Source of the DNA: an uncultured Candidatus Saccharibacteria bacterium | GTDB lineage: Bacteria > Patescibacteriota > Dojkabacteria > SC72 | NCBI GenBank assembly: GCA_964618765.1 | Contig: CAZUDZ010000001.1 | Location: forward strand, 69,826 to 133,825 | Length of the DNA: 64,000 bases | Reading direction: 5' to 3' | Part shown: positions 38,430 to 45,563 of the stretch, in pieces | Layout: each line of letters begins with the position of its first letter | How positions within the stretch are numbered: the first letter of the stretch is position 1 | Position numbers and translations under genes: made by a program | The notes under the pieces: model-generated | Told to the model about the DNA's origin: nothing | Databases searched by the model: none | What the model saw: only the letters and a program-made list of their open reading frames with translations

Positions 38430-38506
38430 TGGTGGGCGATACGGGACTCGAACCTGTGACCTCCACAATGTCAATGTGATGCTCTAACCAACTGAGCTAA
38501 TCGCCC
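38430..38506 (-). tRNA. tRNA-Val (anticodon GAC), CCA encoded
   Basis: Reverse complement reads GGGCGAT-TA-GCTC-AGTTGGTTA-GAGC-A-TCACA-TTGACAT-TGTGG-AGGTC-ACAGG-TTCGAGT-CCCGT-ATCGCCC-A-CCA. The 7-bp acceptor, D, anticodon and T stems all pair. GTTCGAGTC T-loop. Anticodon loop TT-GAC-AT. Confidence 0.85.
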
Positions 38507-38520
38507 TTACAACAATTAAC

Positions 38521-38549
38521 ATTATATTTCCTTTACAAAGCTTTTTCAA
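38521..38549 (-). promoter_or_regulatory. Promoter of tRNA-Val: TTGAAA-17-TATAAT
   Basis: On the minus strand TTGAAA (38544-38549), a 17-nt spacer, then TATAAT (38521-38526), 14 nt upstream of the tRNA 5' end. Confidence 0.45.
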
Positions 38550-38579
38550 CGCCCATATATTATGTATAATCATATAGTT

Positions 38580-38687
38580 ATGAGCAAACAGAACTTAACA
38601 AATGAGGAAAAAGTATTTCTTGAAACAATTTTAAAGAAAACTATGAGTCAGTACAAAGAAACCATATTAAAACTACAAAACTCTTAA
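38580..38687 (+). CDS. Very small ORF (35 aa) translationally coupled to the Doc toxin gene; candidate antitoxin
   Basis: MSKQNLTNEEKVFLETILKKTMSQYKETILKLQNS*. Stop is 1 nt before the doc ATG. TATAAT at 38565-38570 lies 9 nt upstream. Confidence 0.3.
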   Translation: MSKQNLTNEEKVFLETILKKTMSQYKETILKLQNS

Positions 38688-38688
38688 T

Positions 38689-39111
38689 ATGAACCAACCA
38701 ATCTCAAAAGAAGAATTAGAATATATGGCAGAACTATTCAGCCAGTATATGAGAAGAGAACGAGAGGATAATGGATCAGCATATGAAGTAAGAAACACAG
38801 GAAAGCTAGAAAGTTCTCTAGCACAACCCTTTCAAAAAATATCTGGACAAGAGTTATACCCTTCACTAATTAAAAAAGCCTCTATGCTCTACTACTTCTG
38901 TATTAAGAATCATCCATTTGAAGATGGGAATAAGAGAATGGGTATATTTGCTTTAATGATATATCTTGCTAAAAACGATTACTGGTTAGATACCAGTGAC
39001 GAGAAGCTATTTAATATGACAGTAAATACTGCTGCAAGTAAGATGGAACAGAAGGATGAGATGGTAAAAAGCATAGAAGAATTTATCTCAGACAATATTG
39101 TGAAATATTAA
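38689..39111 (+). CDS. doc: Doc (death-on-curing) / Fic-family toxin
   Basis: 140 aa. IKNHPFEDGNKRMGIFALMIYL matches the Fic/Doc core motif HxFx(D/E)GNKR. Confidence 0.7.
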   Translation: MNQPISKEELEYMAELFSQYMRREREDNGSAYEVRNTGKLESSLAQPFQKISGQELYPSLIKKASMLYYFCIKNHPFEDGNKRMGIFALMIYLAKNDYWLDTSDEKLFNMTVNTAASKMEQKDEMVKSIEEFISDNIVKY

Positions 39112-39125
39112 ATTGTTTCCCTACC

Positions 39126-39632
39126 CTACTTCTTAAGATCTTGAGCACTTACGAAATAAATATCCTTGATGCTTTTCCCTTTCTCTAGATTAGCATACAT
39201 CTCAGAAATTAGATCAGGAGAACTCTCTAGAGGTTCAATATATATATCTATCTCCTGTGATTCAAGCTCTGTAGGAATGAAGGTAATCGCAAAGTCCCCA
39301 GACTCTATGAAATATATCTTATGCTCATATCTGGAAGGATACTTTACATCGTACGCAGACACATAGTCACAAAGCTCAGAAAATTTCTCTAGATCTCTTA
39401 CAGCTACAGAACGGATTCTTAAATCTTTAACATCAAGAGATTGATTTCTTTTAAGCTCTAAGAGATAGTTATCGATATCTTTCAAATCTATATGTCTGAC
39501 TTTCTCTTGAACAACTCTGTCCTCTCTTCCATGCTTAAGTACCTGCTCAATATTAAAGCGAATAAAATCAAGAGCTTCCTGCTTGACACAATCTTCTATT
39601 CCGGTTGGATCATCTAGCATCATGAAGTTCAC
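39126..39632 (-). CDS. Hypothetical acidic protein
   Basis: 168-aa ORF convergent with doc. No motif. Confidence 0.4.
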   Translation of the reverse strand: MNFMMLDDPTGIEDCVKQEALDFIRFNIEQVLKHGREDRVVQEKVRHIDLKDIDNYLLELKRNQSLDVKDLRIRSVAVRDLEKFSELCDYVSAYDVKYPSRYEHKIYFIESGDFAITFIPTELESQEIDIYIEPLESSPDLISEMYANLEKGKSIKDIYFVSAQDLKK

Positions 39633-39699
39633 TGAATCTAAATTTAATTGCCCATAGTATATTGGATTCTTATTAAAAAGACAATATGGAGGGGAAAAC

Positions 39700-40290
39700 T
39701 TATCTTTTTTTAATTACTTTGTCTATGATACCGTACTCTTTTGCTTCTGTTGCAGTAAAATACTTATCCCTATCAGCGTCTTTTTCTATCTGTTTTGCCG
39801 ATTTCCCTGTCCTCTTTGCTAATATCTTGTAAAGAGATTCTCTCGTTTTAATTATCTCCTCGGCCTCTATTGCGATATCACTAGCTTGTCCCTGAACTCC
39901 TCCAATTGGCTGATGAATGTGGATCTTACTATTGGGAAGAGCAAATCTCTTTCCCTTCTTCCCACTTACAAGAAGAACTGTACCCATTGAAGCTGCAAGA
40001 CCTACTGCTATGGTAGAGATATCACATTTAACATAATTCATGGTATCTATAATTGCCATTCCTGCAGTAATTTCTCCTCCGTAGGAATTAATAAACATTT
40101 GGATCTCTTCATTAGGGTTTTCTTTCTCAAGAAAGAGTAATTGAGCTATTACTGTATTTGCCATGTCTGTCCTAATTGAGCCACTAACAAAAATAATTCT
40201 ATCCTTAAGAAGTCTGGAGTAAATATCATACGCTCTTTCGCCTCCTCTCTCCTTTTCTATGACTGTAGGTATTAGATTCATAATAAACAA
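39700..40290 (-). CDS. clpP: ATP-dependent Clp protease proteolytic subunit
   Basis: 196 aa. ...RIIFVSGSI..., Ser in GLAASMG, His in IHIHQP, ...[18 protein letters not shown]. Confidence 0.9.
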   Translation of the reverse strand: MFIMNLIPTVIEKERGGERAYDIYSRLLKDRIIFVSGSIRTDMANTVIAQLLFLEKENPNEEIQMFINSYGGEITAGMAIIDTMNYVKCDISTIAVGLAASMGTVLLVSGKKGKRFALPNSKIHIHQPIGGVQGQASDIAIEAEEIIKTRESLYKILAKRTGKSAKQIEKDADRDKYFTATEAKEYGIIDKVIKKR

Positions 40291-40300
40291 TTTTTAGAAA

Positions 40301-41350
40301 TTATTTCTTTTTAGAAACACTCTTCTCCTCTTTTATAACCTCTTTGATGAATTCTTGAAATGCTTTCTCTTTCTGTTCTATTTTTTTGATATACTCTCTC
40401 CACCTAGAATCCTCAAAAATTTTAGGATCTGTTTTCTCTGGGGCTCCTTTCCTTATAATTTCTATTTTCTTCTTAACCTCTTCATCTGATACCTCTATAT
40501 TTCTCTCTTGAGCATACAGATTAAGAAATACATCTGTCTGAAGGGCTTGTTGAGCATCTTTGTCCCACATTTCTCTCATCTTGGCCATTGTGATATTGTT
40601 TGCCTTAAGGAAATCATTAATCTCAATACCTTTCTGTTGCATATCGCTAATGAAAGCTTTCTCTCTCTCTTGTGCCTCATATTTTACTGCTGGTTGTGGT
40701 ATCTCAATATTTGATATCTTGATTGCTTCCTGTAGTGCCTTATCCTCTGTTTGATGTTTTAGTAAATGTTTTTTCTCCGAAAGCATTGCCTCCCTTATAT
40801 GCTCTCTTAGTTCTTTCAAATTTTTAATATCATCTAACTTAATGATTTTAATAATTTCCTGTGCCCATTCTTCATTAATCTCCTTAGCTTCTGTTTTTTG
40901 GCTCTCTTTCAACCTGTCCAGAGCGGAGTCTATCTCTTTTTTCTCTACCTTTATCTCTTCCTGCTTGATTTTAATTTTCTTGAGATTACCAAGTTTAAAT
41001 TCTGGCATAACAGTAACCTCCATTGTAAATGTCAAATCCTCATCTTCTTTGAGGCTTGGAAATTTCTTGTACTCAGGTGGTGCTATTGGGTTAATCTTCT
41101 CCTCTAGTAAAACATCCTCAAGATATGAGGGTAAGAGATTCTCAAATGCTTGGATCTTTAATGTATGACCTACATGAGGTTCTACTAAGTCACTTGGGAC
41201 TTTTCCCTTTCTAAACCCTTTGATATTTGTATCCTCTAATTCCTTTTTAAGTAAAGAGCTATACTCCTTTTGAAAACGCTCTTTAGGGATTGTAATCTCA
41301 ATCTGTATTTTATCTTTAGATATGTCTTCTCTCTTGTATTTAACATCCAT
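40301..41350 (-). CDS. tig: Trigger factor, short form apparently lacking the FKBP/PPIase domain
   Basis: The N-terminal ribosome-binding signature is GFRKGKVP. 349 aa versus about 430 typical. No FKBP-like segment between the N-domain and the C-terminal arm region. Upstream of clpP as in the canonical tig-clpP order. Confidence 0.75.
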   Translation of the reverse strand: MDVKYKREDISKDKIQIEITIPKERFQKEYSSLLKKELEDTNIKGFRKGKVPSDLVEPHVGHTLKIQAFENLLPSYLEDVLLEEKINPIAPPEYKKFPSLKEDEDLTFTMEVTVMPEFKLGNLKKIKIKQEEIKVEKKEIDSALDRLKESQKTEAKEINEEWAQEIIKIIKLDDIKNLKELREHIREAMLSEKKHLLKHQTEDKALQEAIKISNIEIPQPAVKYEAQEREKAFISDMQQKGIEINDFLKANNITMAKMREMWDKDAQQALQTDVFLNLYAQERNIEVSDEEVKKKIEIIRKGAPEKTDPKIFEDSRWREYIKKIEQKEKAFQEFIKEVIKEEKSVSKKK

Positions 41351-41387
41351 TGTTATTGTTCCTAATATGTAAAATTGCGGTCAAAGT

Positions 41388-42074
41388 CTACACTTTTTTG
41401 TATAGTTTGTCTAGTTTGGCTGTAACTACAAAGCGTTTCTCAGATGTCCATAGAGGAGTGCAAGTAATTAATGTTAATTTGTAATCATCACTTTCTGTTA
41501 TCACAGAAATATCATTAGGTTCTACAATCTTTGTTTCTACAACAATGTAAGTTAAATTACCCGAATTACTAATTATGTTTATTTTCTCTCCAATCTTAAT
41601 ATCTTCTAGGTTAAAGAAAGTATCTTTTCTAGGTGGTAAATGCATGAACCTGTGCCCTATTATTACTGCGTTACCTTTTTCTCCTGGGAGTGCAGATGTA
41701 GGGAAATGCCAAAAGCCATCGTTCATTCTCTGAGAATTTTCTCCTTGGACTATTTCCCCTTGGATATTTAAATTTTCAACTAATATTGTCGTGTTAAAAT
41801 CTTCCAATACCTTCCGGTCAAGAACTATATTTGTATTAGACAAGGATTCTTCTATGGATGTGTACCCTAGAACTTGTTCTTTGTATGTGTCTTTCGGGGG
41901 TGATATTTGAGTTAATATTTTGACACTTGTTTCTTTGGTAATATCGTAAATTCTGAAGGAATTAAGAGCTAAAAGGAGTTTGTTGTAGTTTGGGTAGATG
42001 ATGAAGAAAAGAATAGGAGCTAAGAGCAATAGTATTAGTAAAAAGGATATTGTAATTTTTCTGGTTTTTTCCAT
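41388..42074 (-). CDS. Sortase (class A-like), membrane anchored
   Basis: 228 aa. N-terminal TM. His in VIIGHRF, Cys in KLTLITCTP (compare SrtA QLTLITCD), and a downstream Arg (KRFVVTAKL). Confidence 0.65.
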   Translation of the reverse strand: MEKTRKITISFLLILLLLAPILFFIIYPNYNKLLLALNSFRIYDITKETSVKILTQISPPKDTYKEQVLGYTSIEESLSNTNIVLDRKVLEDFNTTILVENLNIQGEIVQGENSQRMNDGFWHFPTSALPGEKGNAVIIGHRFMHLPPRKDTFFNLEDIKIGEKINIISNSGNLTYIVVETKIVEPNDISVITESDDYKLTLITCTPLWTSEKRFVVTAKLDKLYKKV

Positions 42075-42174
42075 ATTTCTGTTCTATTGTACTATTTTTA
42101 ACGAATAGTTGCATTCTTTTATTAATTATATTATTCTAATGTTGAGTACATATAAATTTTTAATATAGGTTTAA

Positions 42175-43122
42175 GTGGCAAAGAAAAAAACTAAATCTGC
42201 CGAAAAAGTAAAAAGTAGTAAAAATTTTGTTAAGAAAGGAGATTCCAAAAAATCTATGCTTTCAAAGGTTGAGATTAAAAAACCAGATAATCAAGAAAAA
42301 GTCTCTAAGATTGTAGGTTCAGTTTTCATCTTTCTTGGAATTGTTCTGATCGGTTATGGAATATATTCTTTCATAAAGTTTAGTAAGACTCCAGAGTTAG
42401 ATGAAGCATTGGATACTCCTTCTTTGTCTGGCACAGAGGTATTAACTAATGAAGAAAAGATTGTGATCAAAGGAGTAGCAGAGGATTTTGATGAGGTATT
42501 TGTATATGTAGATAGTGAAGAGAAAGGGAGGGTTAAGGTTGATTCTGATAGTAGCTTTGAATATGAATATCCAGTTGAAGATGAGGGGAAATATGCGGTA
42601 TCAGTTGCAGGTGTAAAGGGATTCCCAAAAAGATATATTTCTTTACAGTCTGACATGAGAATTGTAGAGGTAGACAGGAAAGCTCCAGAGTTAGCAGAGG
42701 TTAATTATCCTGTGGAGGTTGGAACAGAGAGTTTTACCTTGGTTGGGAATACTGAACCAGCTACAGAGGTAGTTGTAAAGAGAGGTGTAGATAAGTATGT
42801 ATCTACTGCAGATGAGAATGGAGATTTCAAAGTCACTGGAATTTTACTTGAGGAGGGTCCTAATGTATTCACTCTAACAATATCTGATGAAGCTGGAAAT
42901 GAATTAGAAGTAGAAGAAAAGATAAAGGTAATATACTCTATGGATAGTAATGTAAATGGGAATGCGGTTGCAGATGAGATTCCAATAGCATCTGGAGAGT
43001 TAAGTAAGGCAATGCAAACTATATTTAGCAATAACTTGATGATGGTATTTGGATTATTAGCAATATTGCTATTCATGCTTAGCACAGGTTTTGTTGTCGT
43101 CAAATATAAGCAGGAGAGATAA
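42175..43122 (+). CDS. Surface protein with Ig-like beta domains, an N-terminal K-rich tail plus TM, and a C-terminal hydrophobic anchor with a charged tail (candidate sortase substrate)
   Basis: 315 aa. The C-terminus ...EIPIASGELSKAMQTIFSNNLMMVFGLLAILLFMLSTGFVVVKYKQER* has a TM-plus-basic-tail architecture like a cell-wall sorting signal with a non-canonical IPIASGE in place of LPxTG. Divergent from the sortase gene. Confidence 0.4.
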   Translation: MAKKKTKSAEKVKSSKNFVKKGDSKKSMLSKVEIKKPDNQEKVSKIVGSVFIFLGIVLIGYGIYSFIKFSKTPELDEALDTPSLSGTEVLTNEEKIVIKGVAEDFDEVFVYVDSEEKGRVKVDSDSSFEYEYPVEDEGKYAVSVAGVKGFPKRYISLQSDMRIVEVDRKAPELAEVNYPVEVGTESFTLVGNTEPATEVVVKRGVDKYVSTADENGDFKVTGILLEEGPNVFTLTISDEAGNELEVEEKIKVIYSMDSNVNGNAVADEIPIASGELSKAMQTIFSNNLMMVFGLLAILLFMLSTGFVVVKYKQER

Positions 43123-43190
43123 TTTCTCAAGAAGTAGCATGTGTAAAGGGGGGGGGTGATACCTCCCCTTCTTTTCTGTTAATATATATC

Positions 43191-44321
43191 ATGCAAATTT
43201 TTAAAACAGCAATATTTCGACTTGTTGGGATAGTTTCATTATCCTCTCTACTTCTTTTGCCCTCCTCAGCATTTGCTACTGAAGAAAATGTACAGGGCAA
43301 TGAAGAGTCCAGAGCAGTATTTCGAGGGAAGATAATTGAGAGTAATACGGTTGACTGTGAGATGATGACAGAAGATACACAGTTTAAATGTTTTAGCTAT
43401 GACATTGAGGTATTAGATGGGCAACAGAAGGGAGAGGTTGTGCAGACAATGCCAACGTGGATTAACAATGAGGATGACCTTTTTAAGGATGGTAGTAAAG
43501 TGTATCTCTCTCAAACAGAAGATATGCAAGGAAATCAATCTTGGAGTGTAGAAAGTTATTCTAGAGAAAACTCCTTACTGATACTTGCAATTATATTTGT
43601 CGTTTTAATTGTCTTTACATCTGGTATGAGAGGTATAAGCGCGACTTTGGGTCTTATTATTAGTTTCTGTACTATTTATTTCTTTGCCATACCTAAGATT
43701 AATACAGGGTCAAATTTCTTACTAATATCAGTAGTTACAATTTTTATATTACTTTGTGCTTCTACTTTCATAACTTATGGATTTAATATTAAATCCGTAA
43801 TTGCTTTCATATCTACTCTGTTTGGTATCTTTCTTATCTCCATTGCCGGCTACGCAGTAATCTCTTGGCTTAACATTAGTGGAACAGGAGAAGAAACCTC
43901 AGCAATGCTTTTTGATACTACTCAAGGAATGATAAGACTTTCGTGGGTCTTCTTGCTTAGTATTGTAATTGGGGCGTTAGGAGTTTTAGATGATGTAACT
44001 GTTGGTCAGGCATCCTCAATGATGGAGATATATCAAACAGATAGGAGTTTAAGTGCGAATGAGCTTTTTAAGAAAGCAATGAATATTGGTAAAGATCATA
44101 TTGCATCTATGGTTAATACACTGTTTATTGCGTATGCAGGTTCTAGTTTCTCTTTAATCATGCTTCTTTCTGCAAACAACCCAGATTTTAGGATATTAAT
44201 AAATGAGGGTTTTGTAGTGGAAGAGATTGTAAGAACTTTAGTTGCGAGTATTGGAATAATCTTACTAGTTCCCCTAACCTCTTTTCTAGCCTCTAGGATA
44301 ATAGTAAAAGTTCTCAAGTAA
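43191..44321 (+). CDS. Membrane protein (signal peptide, ~130-aa extracellular domain, 6 TM); YibE/F-like architecture
   Basis: 376 aa. Family assignment from architecture only. Confidence 0.35.
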   Translation: MQIFKTAIFRLVGIVSLSSLLLLPSSAFATEENVQGNEESRAVFRGKIIESNTVDCEMMTEDTQFKCFSYDIEVLDGQQKGEVVQTMPTWINNEDDLFKDGSKVYLSQTEDMQGNQSWSVESYSRENSLLILAIIFVVLIVFTSGMRGISATLGLIISFCTIYFFAIPKINTGSNFLLISVVTIFILLCASTFITYGFNIKSVIAFISTLFGIFLISIAGYAVISWLNISGTGEETSAMLFDTTQGMIRLSWVFLLSIVIGALGVLDDVTVGQASSMMEIYQTDRSLSANELFKKAMNIGKDHIASMVNTLFIAYAGSSFSLIMLLSANNPDFRILINEGFVVEEIVRTLVASIGIILLVPLTSFLASRIIVKVLK

Positions 44322-44364
44322 ATACAAAATTGCTATAATAGGAAATAAATTAATTGATTAATAT

Positions 44365-45528
44365 ATGGGTAAGATATTTTCTGTAAGAGACAGTAGTAAA
44401 GATATACAAGACAGCAAGGGATATTCTAATACACCAGAAGAAAATGATACATCAACGCAGAGATCCTTATTAAAAGAGAAACAAACCTTAACAATAGATT
44501 TTTCTTTCAAATCTATGTTTTTTGTACTTCTACTTCTAGGCTTTATATTCTTCGCAAAACAGTTAATGAGTGTTATCCTTTTTGTGTTTCTAGGCTTTGT
44601 TATTATGTCTACTGTGAGCCCTGTTGTTAAATGGCTAGTAAACAAAGGCTTACCTAAAGGGTTATCAATAGGTATAACCTACTTCTTTCTAGTCATCATC
44701 ATTTTGGCATTTCCTGTTCTTGTTTCGGTGCCATTCATTAATCAGTTATCTGGTCTTGTAGAATCACTTCCTAATTGGATTAATGATTCTTTACACTTTT
44801 TGAAGAATTTCTCTCTTGCTGGTTACTCTCTGGATATTGAGAGTATAAATAAAGAGATAATGGATATCCTGAAAGGATTTCCTACAGTTACAAATGTAAA
44901 GAGTGTAGCCACTTTTATCTCAGACTTTTTCGGTATTGGAGCTTTCTTGATTACTTCAATTGTATTTTCCATATATTTGGTCTCCGAGCATGATTCCTTT
45001 TTAGATATTCTTTTAATTAGGATCATTTCTAATGAGAAGAGAGATAGGGTTAAAAAGCTAGTTTTGGATGTAGAGGACAAGCTGGGTAATTGGGTTCTGG
45101 GTCAGGGTACAGTTAGCTTAATTGCCGCAACATTCTCTTTTGTAATACTAACAGTTCTTAAGGTACCCTTTGCACTTCCTCTTGCTATGTTTGCTGGCCT
45201 TATTAATCTAATACCAAACCTTGGTTCTACACTTGCCGCCATAACAATGACCACTGTTGCTTTAATTAGTGTTAGCCCCTTAAATGCAGCAATAGTTCTA
45301 GTCGCATTTGTGCTGTACCAACTAGTAGAGAACACAGTTATAACACCAAAAGTTATGGGGAATGCAGTAGGACTCAAGCCTGTTGTAGTTCTTCTTGGTG
45401 TCATAGTCTTCATAACCTTTCTCGGTATATTAGGCGGATTTGTAGCAATACCTTTAATGGTTATTCTAAAAATTCTCTACGAATTCTACATAGACTTGCA
45501 AAAATTAGAAGCTAAAGGTATTGTTTAA
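44365..45528 (+). CDS. AI-2E family transporter (PerM/UPF0118-like permease)
   Basis: 387 aa, about 8 TM. Conserved mid-protein Pro/Gly-rich helices (LINLIPNLGSTLAAI...). Composition typical of the family. Confidence 0.5.
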   Translation: MGKIFSVRDSSKDIQDSKGYSNTPEENDTSTQRSLLKEKQTLTIDFSFKSMFFVLLLLGFIFFAKQLMSVILFVFLGFVIMSTVSPVVKWLVNKGLPKGLSIGITYFFLVIIILAFPVLVSVPFINQLSGLVESLPNWINDSLHFLKNFSLAGYSLDIESINKEIMDILKGFPTVTNVKSVATFISDFFGIGAFLITSIVFSIYLVSEHDSFLDILLIRIISNEKRDRVKKLVLDVEDKLGNWVLGQGTVSLIAATFSFVILTVLKVPFALPLAMFAGLINLIPNLGSTLAAITMTTVALISVSPLNAAIVLVAFVLYQLVENTVITPKVMGNAVGLKPVVVLLGVIVFITFLGILGGFVAIPLMVILKILYEFYIDLQKLEAKGIV

Positions 45529-45563
45529 TACACAAATCTAAATTTTTTACTGCCCTGTTTAAG

